DNA of 64,000 nt from an uncultured Candidatus Saccharibacteria bacterium (GTDB lineage: Bacteria > Patescibacteriota > Minisyncoccia > Phycocordibacterales > UBA1006), in contig CAZQDL010000003.1 in NCBI GenBank assembly GCA_964592365.1, forward strand, positions 2,186 through 66,185, read 5' to 3'. The notes below the pieces were generated by a model. It was not told the origin of the DNA. It saw only the letters and a program-made list of their open reading frames with translations, and made no database searches. Below, in pieces: positions 9,745-19,206 of the stretch (position 1 is the first letter of the stretch; each line of letters begins with the position of its first letter). The translations under genes were made by a program, and so were the position numbers.

Positions 9745-9858
9745 AATTATTTTATACACCATATTCAATATCTATGCAATATTAGTCGTCATTTACTCTA
9801 TTGTTTATTTCGCTAAAAACAGGTATCTTTCTTGTAAATAACAATTAAATAAAAAGAT

Positions 9859-10392
9859 ATGGTTGAAGAGAAAACTACCTTAGTTAGCGAAATAGGAGCT
9901 AATCTCCTTAAGAAAGAAATTGTATTCACGGTACCTGATTCATTTGATCATGAGAGTCAATTAGATCTGTTTCAGAAGAAAGTAGAAAATCTACCCACTA
10001 CTTACTTTTATAGTGAACACTTGAAGAGTAAGAACTTTTTAAAAGTAAGTGATAGGTTTATTCCTAAAAAAAGCTATAAAATCGAAATCTTAGAAATTAA
10101 AAAAGATGTAATAAGTGAAGCGTGTATTAATTTCCTTCTTTCACAAAATGCTCTTCTTGTTGGCGCGCAGGGTTTAACAATACTGTTTGAATACCATCCA
10201 GAGATATTTATCAAAGGAAAATTTATTGTTTCTTTTGATAGAAGAGAATCTCTTTACACGGACATTAGTGGTTCTATTTGGGTACCCTATGCAGAAAGGG
10301 ATTTGAATAACATGTATCAATTTGATGTAGGATACTTTGAAGGATTCTGGGATAATGAATTTACTATTCTATGTGTTACTGAATTAATGTAA
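9859..10392 (+). CDS. Hypothetical protein
   Basis: 177-aa ORF followed by a terminator at 10397-10422; no motif recognised. Confidence 0.7.
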   Translation: MVEEKTTLVSEIGANLLKKEIVFTVPDSFDHESQLDLFQKKVENLPTTYFYSEHLKSKNFLKVSDRFIPKKSYKIEILEIKKDVISEACINFLLSQNALLVGAQGLTILFEYHPEIFIKGKFIVSFDRRESLYTDISGSIWVPYAERDLNNMYQFDVGYFEGFWDNEFTILCVTELM

Positions 10393-10449
10393 CAGCAAAA
10401 ACACCTTTATAAGGTGTTTTTTATATATATGAGGTATTATGGTTGATAT

Positions 10450-10935
10450 ATGAACAATGAAACCGTACATCTCGCAGGAGGCTGTTTTTGGGGGCTTCAG
10501 GAGCTCCTTAGAAAGCAAAAAGGGGTATTACATACCGATGTTGGATACTGTGGTGGTACAAATACCAATCCAAGATATGAATTTCATCCAGGTCATGCTG
10601 AAACTGTGCGTGTTAGCTATGATCCAAGTGTTATTAGCTACAAAGAGCTCTTATTATATTTCTTTAGTATTCATAACCCTACAACACTTAACAAGCAGGG
10701 AAATGATACTGGGAGTTCATATCGTTCAACGATATTTATACAAAATGAAGAACAGAAAAATATTGCTAATGAGGTTATCAATATTGTTAATGATTCTGGT
10801 AAATGGAAAGACAGGGTAGTTACAACACTTGAACCATTTCATATTTTCTATCTTGCAGAAGAAGAACACCAAGACTATCTTCAAAAGCATCCATATGGAT
10901 ATACTTGTCACCAAATATATGTTGATAGATATTGA
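10450..10935 (+). CDS. msrA: Peptide-methionine (S)-S-oxide reductase
   Basis: GGCFWG, GHAETV, QGND.GSSYRS, AEEEHQDYL. Confidence 0.95.
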   Translation: MNNETVHLAGGCFWGLQELLRKQKGVLHTDVGYCGGTNTNPRYEFHPGHAETVRVSYDPSVISYKELLLYFFSIHNPTTLNKQGNDTGSSYRSTIFIQNEEQKNIANEVINIVNDSGKWKDRVVTTLEPFHIFYLAEEEHQDYLQKHPYGYTCHQIYVDRY

Positions 10936-10968
10936 TTCATGTAACTAGTATGATATACTTCATCGTGC

Positions 10969-11307
10969 ATGGACCAAGATCTTACAACAATGATCAAAGA
11001 AAATAACAGGCTTTTACATGAGCTTGTTGAAAGGGAACAGGAAAATCAAAAAAAGATTGATAGAGTTCATAGCATAATTCGAGGTGATTTCATTGCAAAA
11101 ATTGTATATCGTGTAATTATCATACTTGTTACTCTTGGAGCATTTGTAGCACTTCGCCCATATGTTCAAAGTATGTATGAAAGTTATACGAATCTTGTTT
11201 CTCAAGTTAATTCAACAAGCTCATTGTTGAATAACCCTCAAGCAATTTTTGAAATTGATAAGGTAGAGAAAAATAGTCTTTGGAAAACATTACTTCCGTT
11301 TGATTAG
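10969..11307 (+). CDS. Hypothetical single-TM protein
   Basis: Coiled-coil N-terminus and one hydrophobic helix; TATACT upstream. Confidence 0.7.
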   Translation: MDQDLTTMIKENNRLLHELVEREQENQKKIDRVHSIIRGDFIAKIVYRVIIILVTLGAFVALRPYVQSMYESYTNLVSQVNSTSSLLNNPQAIFEIDKVEKNSLWKTLLPFD

Positions 11308-11315
11308 TATATTAT

Positions 11316-11389
11316 GCTCAGGTAGCTCAGTTGGTTAGAGCACTGGTTTGAAGCACCAGGTGTCGGCAGTTCGAGTCTGCCCCTGAGCA
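11316..11389 (+). tRNA. tRNA-Phe (GAA)
   Basis: GCTCAGG/CCTGAGC acceptor, anticodon arm CTGGT-TTGAAGC-ACCAG, T arm GGCAG-TTCGAGT-CTGCC. CCA not encoded. Confidence 0.95.
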
Positions 11390-11417
11390 CATAACAAAAA
11401 ACACCATATGGTGTTTT

Positions 11418-11900
11418 TTATTTTATCCTTAATCTAGCTTGTCTATTTCGATCAACTAAAGGTAGGGTAAGGGTAAGTAATCCATGCTCTTCATGAGCTT
11501 CTGCTAATTCAATATCAACCTCTTCTGGAAGACTGATAACTCGCTCAAATGCACCCCAGTATAATTCTTCAAAGTATACTTCTTGAATACCTGACGCATC
11601 ACTTTGACGTGAACCTTCGATAATTACCTGATCACGTGTTAAGGTGATATCAATTTCAGATTTTTGGATTCCAGCTACCATTGTTTTTATCACAATCGCT
11701 GATGAAGTTTGATACATATCAATTGATAGTTCACCAACTTCTTCTTCGTAACTACTTGAATCATTGTCTTGTTCTTCTTCATCATGAAGTGCTACTTCAT
11801 CGATATCTTCATATTGATCTTCAAAAGTATCAAACTCTTCTTCGTTGTTAAACTTTATACTTCCTGTTAATTTTTCAAAAAATGATTTTTTATTTCCCAT
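11418..11900 (-). CDS. Hsp20/alpha-crystallin small heat-shock protein
   Basis: IDMYQT, ELYWGAFERVISLPEEVD, GLLTLTLP; acidic N-terminus. Confidence 0.9.
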   Translation of the reverse strand: MGNKKSFFEKLTGSIKFNNEEEFDTFEDQYEDIDEVALHDEEEQDNDSSSYEEEVGELSIDMYQTSSAIVIKTMVAGIQKSEIDITLTRDQVIIEGSRQSDASGIQEVYFEELYWGAFERVISLPEEVDIELAEAHEEHGLLTLTLPLVDRNRQARLRIK

Positions 11901-11904
11901 GGTG

Positions 11905-12606
11905 TTAGTGATTAACGTTTCTTACACGTTCGAATAATGCAATGATTCCTATGGTAATAACCCAAAGAATTCCTAGGGTGACTAGTCCGTCAATTGCTAC
12001 ATACTTAATTATAAAGTAGTTGAAAATCGTGTGCAATATAGTAACGATAATGAGACCCATAACTACAAAAAGTAAACGTACACTTTTCTTTTTGTAAAAT
12101 ACAAATCCAAGAATAATACCTAAGATTGCAGCAAGTACTGCGTGAAGTATTGATGCCCCCAAGAACCTTAAAGTACCTGTTTGAATGATAAATGAAATAT
12201 CATTTTGTAGTGATGGATTAAGGAGAAAGAGAATATTTTCCATCATAGCAAAACCTAGGGCACCAGTAATTAGATAAATTGCATAATCAATTGGTTCATC
12301 TAAATATGATGAATTAAAATCAATGAGATATACAACACTAAATTTAATAAGTTCTTCAAATAGTGCAAAGATAAATATTTTTTCTGTTCCAACGATACCA
12401 AGCACATCAACCCATTTTCCAAATGGTAGTATCAAAAACACAGAAAGCACTCCAGCAAAGAAAGTAAGTGCAAGAAGGCCTTTTGGTTCTGGTTGAAACC
12501 TATCTTCTCTGAGCCAAAACATGAGCCAGATAATGGTAGGTATAATACCAGAAATCAAAGCAACCCAAATAACTTCTTTAGTTAATCCAGTAATGATCTC
12601 AGGCAT
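11905..12606 (-). CDS. PrsW-family intramembrane glutamic protease
   Basis: EPK, EELIK, ALGFAMMEN, H...H..FN motifs in a multi-TM protein. Confidence 0.9.
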   Translation of the reverse strand: MPEIITGLTKEVIWVALISGIIPTIIWLMFWLREDRFQPEPKGLLALTFFAGVLSVFLILPFGKWVDVLGIVGTEKIFIFALFEELIKFSVVYLIDFNSSYLDEPIDYAIYLITGALGFAMMENILFLLNPSLQNDISFIIQTGTLRFLGASILHAVLAAILGIILGFVFYKKKSVRLLFVVMGLIIVTILHTIFNYFIIKYVAIDGLVTLGILWVITIGIIALFERVRNVNH

Positions 12607-12607
12607 A

Positions 12608-14797
12608 TTAATATTGTGGCCATTGTTCTACCATAAGAAGAACTTTTTCTTCTTGAGTATGATCAATTGATTGCCAAACTTCTTCAGTGATAAATGGCAT
12701 GAATGGATGTAGTCCACGAAGAACATCTTTGAGAATAATCATAAGTAGTTTCTTACGTGACGCACGTTCTTCCTCTGTTCCACCAGAGAAAACATCTTTT
12801 GATTGTTCGAGAATCTCATCTGCAATTCTATGCCATGCATATGCATATAGCTTTTCTCCTACAAGATAATATTTATGTAATTTCATCTCTTCAGTTATTT
12901 CTTTAAAGAAATCTTGATGTTCGGTAAATAGTTTTTCATCTGCCATTGTTAAGCTACTTGCAGAACTATATCCCTCACATTCAGATAGGACATATCGAGT
13001 AACATTCCATAGCTTGTTAGCAAACTTAGAATATGCTTTTACCTTGTTGTCATCCAAATTAACATCATTTCCTGGACCGTTACCAACAATCATACCCATA
13101 CGAAGTGCATCTGTTCCAAAACGTTCAGATACCTCAAGGGGATCGATAATATTACCTAATGATTTTGACATTTTTCTTCCCTGAGCATCGCGAATTAATC
13201 CATGTAAATATACTGTTTTGAAAGGAACATCACCAAGATGGTAAAGACTCATCAAAATCATACGTGCAACCCAAAAGAAAAGTATGTCGTGACCTGTTTC
13301 AAGAACTGATGTTGGGTGATATGTAGATAAGTCTTGAGTATTTTCTGGCCAACCTAGGGTTGAAAATGTCCACAATCCTGATGAAAACCAAGTGTCTAAG
13401 GTATCTTCATCTTGAACCCATCCTTCACCTAAAGGAGCCTTAGGTCCAACGAACATTTCATCACCTCTGTACCATACAGGCACACGATGACCATACCAAA
13501 TTTGTCGTGATATGTTCCACGGTCGAAGCTTGTTGATCCAATCGTAATATACACGTTCAAATCGTTCAGGAAGGATATCAATAGATCCTTGCTGTACGAC
13601 CTGAAGCATTACTTCCTTTAAGGTAACCATTTGTCCTTGTGAGATACCTTGAATATTATTGGTCTTAAATGCAAAAGGTTTTTCTGTATTAATCCACCAT
13701 TGAAGTTTTGGAAGTGGTTCAATAATCCCTCCGGTTCTCTCAGCTGTTGAAACGTTTTGAATAGTTTCAACCTCTTCTTGAAGTAAATTATTTTCCTTCA
13801 ACCATGCAACTACTTTTTCACGTGCTTCTTCAACTTTTAGATCATCTAGAAGATCACCGCAATTTTCCATCTTTGCAAATTCATTGATTACTTGCTTGTA
13901 GGGAAGGCTGTTCCTCTGTGCTATGTCCCAGTCAGCTTGTGAGTGTGCTGGAGTTACCCCTAAAGCACCTGTTCCGAATTCAGGATCAACTTGATCATCA
14001 GCAACCACCTTTAATGTAAGTTTTGATCCACAAAAATCAACAAGATATTCATTTCCAATATATGATTGATATCTTTCATCATCTGGGTGAACTGCTATTG
14101 CTGTATCACCAACCTTTGTTTCAGGTCGTGTGGTTGAAATACTAATCGGACACTCTTTTGCATATGCAAATGTGTACAGTGTTGAAGTTCGTTGAATGTG
14201 TACTACCTCATCATCTGATATTACCGTTTGACCTTTTGGATCCCAGTTAACTATTCGATAGTCACGGTAGATAAGGCCATCGTTGTACATATTAGTAAAT
14301 GCTGTATATACCGCATGTTGACGTTGTTCATCTAAAGTAAATGCTTCGCGTGACCAATCAATACTTGCTCCCATATTTTTAATTTGATTGATAATTGTTT
14401 TCTGGGAATCAAGAGCGAATGCTTCAACTTGTTTTAAGAATTCATCACGACCAAGATCATGTTTACGTATCTTGTCTTTTGCAAGTATTTTTTCAACCTT
14501 AGATTGTGTTGCAATAGCCGCATGATCAGTACCTGGTATCCACAAAGTCTTCTTACCAAGCATACGTTGAAAACGCACCATAGTGTCTTCAATAGCAAGC
14601 ATTGAAGCGTGTCCTGTATGCAAAGTACCTGTTACGTTAGGAGGAGGAAGGACAATTGAAAATGATTCAGCTTGTTCATTAATCAAGCCATCATGAATCA
14701 TTGTATCCGGATTAGAATAATTATATGTATCCCAAAGTTCTCGTATCTTTGGTTCAGTTAACTTAGGATCATATGGTGAAAGAAACTTCTCATGCAT
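12608..14797 (-). CDS. valS: Valine--tRNA ligase (short, lacks C-terminal coiled coil)
   Basis: PPPNVTGTLHTGH, GTDHAAIATQ, DTWFSS, KMSKSLGN; ends just after HPFMPFITEE. Confidence 0.96.
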   Translation of the reverse strand: MHEKFLSPYDPKLTEPKIRELWDTYNYSNPDTMIHDGLINEQAESFSIVLPPPNVTGTLHTGHASMLAIEDTMVRFQRMLGKKTLWIPGTDHAAIATQSKVEKILAKDKIRKHDLGRDEFLKQVEAFALDSQKTIINQIKNMGASIDWSREAFTLDEQRQHAVYTAFTNMYNDGLIYRDYRIVNWDPKGQTVISDDEVVHIQRTSTLYTFAYAKECPISISTTRPETKVGDTAIAVHPDDERYQSYIGNEYLVDFCGSKLTLKVVADDQVDPEFGTGALGVTPAHSQADWDIAQRNSLPYKQVINEFAKMENCGDLLDDLKVEEAREKVVAWLKENNLLQEEVETIQNVSTAERTGGIIEPLPKLQWWINTEKPFAFKTNNIQGISQGQMVTLKEVMLQVVQQGSIDILPERFERVYYDWINKLRPWNISRQIWYGHRVPVWYRGDEMFVGPKAPLGEGWVQDEDTLDTWFSSGLWTFSTLGWPENTQDLSTYHPTSVLETGHDILFFWVARMILMSLYHLGDVPFKTVYLHGLIRDAQGRKMSKSLGNIIDPLEVSERFGTDALRMGMIVGNGPGNDVNLDDNKVKAYSKFANKLWNVTRYVLSECEGYSSASSLTMADEKLFTEHQDFFKEITEEMKLHKYYLVGEKLYAYAWHRIADEILEQSKDVFSGGTEEERASRKKLLMIILKDVLRGLHPFMPFITEEVWQSIDHTQEEKVLLMVEQWPQY

Positions 14798-14830
14798 GTC
14801 ATTGATAGTATCACGTAGTATCTACTTTGT

Positions 14831-16015
14831 TTAGTCTGATATTTTAAGGTTTGCAATTGCTTTTAGATCAGATGCGTTGATATATTTCTGTGTTTTTGTG
14901 TACTCTTGTAATACCGCAACACTTGCAATCATAAGACTGTTATCACCACAAAGTTCAAGAGAAGGAACCTTTAACTGAACATCACTGCATTCATTTGATA
15001 TGAGGTGTTCAAAAGATTCACGAATGTAGGTATTTGCAGATACACCACCTGCAATGATAAGGGTATGAGCATGGTATTGAAGTAATGCTTTTTTTGTTTT
15101 CTGTACAAGTACCTCTGTAACTGCGTGCTGAAATTCACGTGCGATCGATGCTTTCATATCATTATCCAAAAGATTCTCTTCAGAGAGTTTTTCGATAAGG
15201 TATCTGCAGGCAGTTTTTAATCCAGAAAAAGAAAAAGAGTAATTGTCACTATGTAGCATAGGGCGAGGTAACGTTACTCGTTCGTGCTCTTTACCAATAC
15301 TTGCTAAACGAGAAAGTTCAGGTCCACCTGGATAGGGAAGACCAAGCATTCGAGCAACCTTGTCGAAGGCTTCACCAACAGCATCATCTAAAGTGTCACC
15401 AATAATGTCATATGCCCCCCATTGTTCTGAAACAATTAATTGTGTGTGCCCACCTGATATTAACAGAGAAAGGATTGGAAACTGAATATCAGCTATATTC
15501 ACCATTGCATTTTCTGTACCTGGAAGATGACTTTTTAACACAACAGATGATACGTGACCTTCCATATGATTTACCGGAATCAAAGGTATGTTCCATACTA
15601 TACTCAAAGCACGTGCAAAATTAACTCCAACCCAAAGAGCAGGAGCAAGACCAGGACCTTGAGTCACAACAATGGCATCTATATTTGGAATAGAACTTTC
15701 TTTCAAGAAGTTTTTAAACATTTCAAAAAGTTCAGGTTCACGTTCAAGTATTATCTCTATATCTGAAAGATTAGTTGTAAGCTTTGCTTTTTCTTCAAGG
15801 TTAGCTTCTTTAAGTGCTTGTATTAATAGCGGTACGAGATTTCTTGAATGTTCACGTTTTGCCATAGCAGGGAATACTCCTCCATATGCTTGATGAATAT
15901 TTATTTGAGAGATTACAAGATTACTATGAATATATAACTCAGTGGCTGAGTTTTTTGTTTCAACAATACTTATCGCTGTTTCGTCACAACTTGTTTCAAT
16001 AGCAAGGTAAATCAT
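14831..16015 (-). CDS. tsaD: tRNA t6A37 threonylcarbamoyltransferase TsaD
   Basis: LAIETSCDET, HMEGH, SGGHT, DDAVGEAFDKVAR, FSFSGLKT. True start is MIYLAIE at 16015. Confidence 0.95.
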   Translation of the reverse strand: MIYLAIETSCDETAISIVETKNSATELYIHSNLVISQINIHQAYGGVFPAMAKREHSRNLVPLLIQALKEANLEEKAKLTTNLSDIEIILEREPELFEMFKNFLKESSIPNIDAIVVTQGPGLAPALWVGVNFARALSIVWNIPLIPVNHMEGHVSSVVLKSHLPGTENAMVNIADIQFPILSLLISGGHTQLIVSEQWGAYDIIGDTLDDAVGEAFDKVARMLGLPYPGGPELSRLASIGKEHERVTLPRPMLHSDNYSFSFSGLKTACRYLIEKLSEENLLDNDMKASIAREFQHAVTEVLVQKTKKALLQYHAHTLIIAGGVSANTYIRESFEHLISNECSDVQLKVPSLELCGDNSLMIASVAVLQEYTKTQKYINASDLKAIANLKISD

Positions 16016-16097
16016 ATTAATATCATAGATGTCATGGTTTTTAATGCAAACATTTTTAATATTATGTATAGTGACATAAATCAATGAAATTAATACT

Positions 16098-16271
16098 ATG
16101 GCAAAAACATTAACTAGAGAAGAATACCTAAGAGAATTTAGGAAAAGAGCAAAAGCTATTAACGAATCAAGAGAAACAGCATTAACTTTTTTCAAAGAAA
16201 TTGGGGTACTTAGCTCAACAGGTAAAATTAGTAAAAATTACAAGAATTTGAACAGAAATCCAGTTCGGTAA
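16098..16271 (+). CDS. Small basic hypothetical protein, 57 aa (not in ORF track)
   Basis: MAKTLTREEYLREFRKRAKAINESRETALTFFKEIGVLSSTGKISKNYKNLNRNPVR*, followed by hairpin AGACCTAT..ATAGGTCT-TTT. Confidence 0.7.
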   Translation: MAKTLTREEYLREFRKRAKAINESRETALTFFKEIGVLSSTGKISKNYKNLNRNPVR

Positions 16272-16355
16272 ATTAAAGACCTATATTTGAAATAGGTCTT
16301 TTAAAATTAGTGATAGATATCATACTTCTTAGTGAAAGAGTGTTACACTATACCT

Positions 16356-16751
16356 ATGAATGCACCAGAACAATATGTAAATTGGATTAAACCATCATTT
16401 GCACCACCTTCATGGATCTTTGGACCCGTATGGGCTGTTTTATATATTCTCATTGCTATTTCATATGGATACGTTGCTTACCTTTGGTATCAAGGGAAAA
16501 TAGGATTTATGGTTGCATTACCTTTTATACTGAACCTATTAACAAACTTCATGTTTAGTTATTTTCAGTTTAGCTTAGGTAATTTATGGCTAGCGAGTAT
16601 TGATATTATCCTTGTTCTTGCAACCTTAATATGGGCAGTAGTGGTTATTTATCCATATGTTCCTTGGGTGAGTTATCTTAATATTCCATATGTGCTTTGG
16701 GTAAGTTTTGCAAGTATTCTACAAATTTCAATTCTGGTACTTAATGGCTAA
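16356..16751 (+). CDS. tspO: TspO/MBR tryptophan-rich sensory protein
   Basis: KPSFAPPSWIFGPVW..LY, PY..WVSFA; multi-TM. Confidence 0.92.
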   Translation: MNAPEQYVNWIKPSFAPPSWIFGPVWAVLYILIAISYGYVAYLWYQGKIGFMVALPFILNLLTNFMFSYFQFSLGNLWLASIDIILVLATLIWAVVVIYPYVPWVSYLNIPYVLWVSFASILQISILVLNG

Positions 16752-16833
16752 AAAATTATAGTTTAACTTCTTGTTGTTAATGAAACTTGTTTCTAGGTAT
16801 ATCAAACAGAGTGCTATTTGATATACTCTATGT

Positions 16834-18180
16834 ATGAACAAAGAATTAATACAATCAATAGAAGTTACAGGTAAAATAATTAACAATTGGCTTCCATTAA
16901 AAATTCAGTATGACCATACACCTGGTACTGTTGTGTGTATAGCAGTTAATGGTACAGCAAAATATCTCAAGTCTTTTGGTTTTTCTGATACCGAAAAGAA
17001 AATTGAAATGAATGTAAATGCTCAGTTTCGCATTGCTTCAATGTCAAAGATGTTTACTGCAGTTGCTATCTTACAACTTCAAGAGAAAGGGAAGTTACGT
17101 CTTGATGATATGGTTATTGAATATATCTCTTGGTTTAAGGGAAAGAATATGAAAACAGACTTATCAAATGTGACAATTCGACAATTGCTCTCACATAGTT
17201 CTGGGATTTTTCGTGATGGTGCAGAACAGCAGTGGGTAGATGATATGTTTCCAATGAAATTGGATAAGGCTGTTTCTCCAAAAACTATCGTATTTGATAA
17301 CGGAACAACCATGAAATATTCTAATTATGGTTATGCTCTTTTAGGTCTGATTATCGAAAAGGTTTCAGGTACCAGTTACGAGAAATATGTTACTGAAGAA
17401 ATTATCACGCCACTTAAACTCAAAAATACCTTACCTGATTTACCAAATGAAATACCAAAGGAACTTGCAAGGGGGTATAAGCGTTGGACTCCTGACCTTA
17501 TTATTCGTGAGTTAGAGCCAAATATTAAGGCAAATAGCTACGCTTCTGCAACAGGTTTTATCTCTACCGCAAAAGATTTAGCTCTATTCCTGTCTTCATT
17601 ACATCCAGATGCAAAAAAGAGTGTGTTAGGTAGAGAATCAAGAAAAACAATGCAACAGGTTCAAAGTATTATCGATAACAATCAGATGTATGGATTAGGT
17701 CTTAGTCTTGAAAACATTTCAGGGCAACAGACATATGGACACGGAGGAGGGTTTGCAGGTTACGTGACTAAAGCCATTACTCACAAGAAGGATAACATGC
17801 AGGTTATCGTATTAACAAATACTCAATCTAGAACAGCAGGGGTTGTGAGCTCTAGCATATTGAAACTTATCTATACCCTTAAAGGAATGGACGCTACAAG
17901 ATATATCAAAGATGATCCATACTCAGGAATATATAGAAACAGATGGGTTGATTGGGTACATATATTAATAGGTGACAGTTTAATTGGATTTTCTGCCTCT
18001 GAAAACAGTCCCGTTGATACCTGTACAATGTACACAAAGAAAAAAGAACATACTTATATAAATGGAGAGGGTGCTGGTTTTGGTGATGCTGGGGAACATA
18101 TTATATTCAAGGATATACAAAATGGAAAAGCACAGAATATTAAATCAGATGGTGGTGATATGAGACGGATTGATTTTTAG
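16834..18180 (+). CDS. Serine hydrolase, beta-lactamase/AmpC-like family
   Basis: FRIASMSK (SxxK), LLSHSSG, YSNYGY (YxN), GHGG. Confidence 0.9.
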   Translation: MNKELIQSIEVTGKIINNWLPLKIQYDHTPGTVVCIAVNGTAKYLKSFGFSDTEKKIEMNVNAQFRIASMSKMFTAVAILQLQEKGKLRLDDMVIEYISWFKGKNMKTDLSNVTIRQLLSHSSGIFRDGAEQQWVDDMFPMKLDKAVSPKTIVFDNGTTMKYSNYGYALLGLIIEKVSGTSYEKYVTEEIITPLKLKNTLPDLPNEIPKELARGYKRWTPDLIIRELEPNIKANSYASATGFISTAKDLALFLSSLHPDAKKSVLGRESRKTMQQVQSIIDNNQMYGLGLSLENISGQQTYGHGGGFAGYVTKAITHKKDNMQVIVLTNTQSRTAGVVSSSILKLIYTLKGMDATRYIKDDPYSGIYRNRWVDWVHILIGDSLIGFSASENSPVDTCTMYTKKKEHTYINGEGAGFGDAGEHIIFKDIQNGKAQNIKSDGGDMRRIDF

Positions 18181-18235
18181 AATCAACAATTTAGCAAACA
18201 AAAACTGCCTATTGGCAGTTTTTGTTTATTTATCT

Positions 18236-18310
18236 TGGTGACCCCACGGAGAATCGAACTCCGATTTCCAGGATGAAAACCTGATGTCCTAACCGTTAGA
18301 CGATGGGGCC
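18236..18310 (-). tRNA. tRNA-Glu (TTC)
   Basis: Reverse complement GGCCCCATCGTCTAACGGTTAGGACATCAGGTTTTCATCCTGG...GTTCGATTC...GGGGTCACCA; CCA encoded. Confidence 0.96.
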
Positions 18311-18441
18311 AGTGTATCCGTTTGGATAACGAATGAGAGTATACCATATGCTCTTTGGTATGCAATATCTAATGACTTTCTCACCTTGCTGTGATATCAT
18401 ATTAAATATATAAGCCTGCTTACCAAGGCTTTATTTATTAT

Positions 18442-19185
18442 ATGGACAATACAGAAATAATCATATTAGCAGCAGGAAAGGGAACTCGCATGAATGCAGA
18501 TGTTCCAAAGGTTCTTGTAGAACTCAACGGAACCCCTATGATCTCATACGTTCTTGATGCTGTACGTACCACAGGAGCCACAAAGCCACTAATTGTTGTT
18601 GGATACGAAGCTCAACAGATAAAAGACTACTGTGGTTTTGAATATCTGTATGTTCATCAAGAGGAACAAAAGGGAACAGGGCATGCTGTACTTCAAGTAA
18701 AAGATTTCCTTATGGAATCAACAAAACGTGTTGTTGTGGTATATGGGGATCAACCTTTTGTAAAATCAGAAACATTAAATGATCTTGCAGAGTCACTTAA
18801 AGATAATGCAAAGATTGTAATCGCAACAGCTGTGATTCAGGACCCTGATCTATTTGAAAAACAATTTTCTCGTTTTGGAAGAATTGTAAGAGATGCTAAC
18901 GGAAATATTACCGCAATTGTTGAAGCAAAGGATGCAACAGAAGAGGAGCTTGATATTAAAGAGGTAAACGTAGGGTTCATGGCTTTTGAAAAAGATTGGG
19001 CCTTTAATCATCTATCACAGTTGAAGAATGATAACGCACAAGATGAGTATTATCTCACTGATCTTGTAAAAGTAGCTTTCTTAGAAAACATTCCAATTCA
19101 TTCAGTTCAAATGAGTGAGAAGGAAGCATTAGGTGCAAATACTCAAGAACAACTAAGAGTAATGGAAGAATACATGGAACGATAA
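18442..19185 (+). CDS. GlmU-like nucleotidyltransferase (uridyltransferase domain only)
   Basis: ILAAGKGTRM...PKVL, QEEQKGTGHAV, YGDQP, EYYLTD; no left-handed beta-helix domain. Confidence 0.85.
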   Translation: MDNTEIIILAAGKGTRMNADVPKVLVELNGTPMISYVLDAVRTTGATKPLIVVGYEAQQIKDYCGFEYLYVHQEEQKGTGHAVLQVKDFLMESTKRVVVVYGDQPFVKSETLNDLAESLKDNAKIVIATAVIQDPDLFEKQFSRFGRIVRDANGNITAIVEAKDATEEELDIKEVNVGFMAFEKDWAFNHLSQLKNDNAQDEYYLTDLVKVAFLENIPIHSVQMSEKEALGANTQEQLRVMEEYMER

Positions 19186-19206
19186 AAAGCACGGAAGTGC
19201 TTTTTA

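Noticed and set aside
9077-11315. Integrated mobile element between tRNA-Arg and tRNA-Phe
   Set aside because: No integrase or transposase and no duplicated tRNA 3' end found by eye.
16016-16195. N-terminal extension of TsaD in the ORF track
   Set aside because: TsaD homology begins at MIYLAIETSCD; the extension is antisense to a better small ORF at 16098-16271.
16834-18180. Bona fide beta-lactam resistance gene
   Set aside because: No signal peptide, and HGG replaces KTG; only a general serine hydrolase call is supported.
18183-18365. 60-aa minus-strand ORF
   Set aside because: It is a translation of the tRNA-Glu gene and its promoter.
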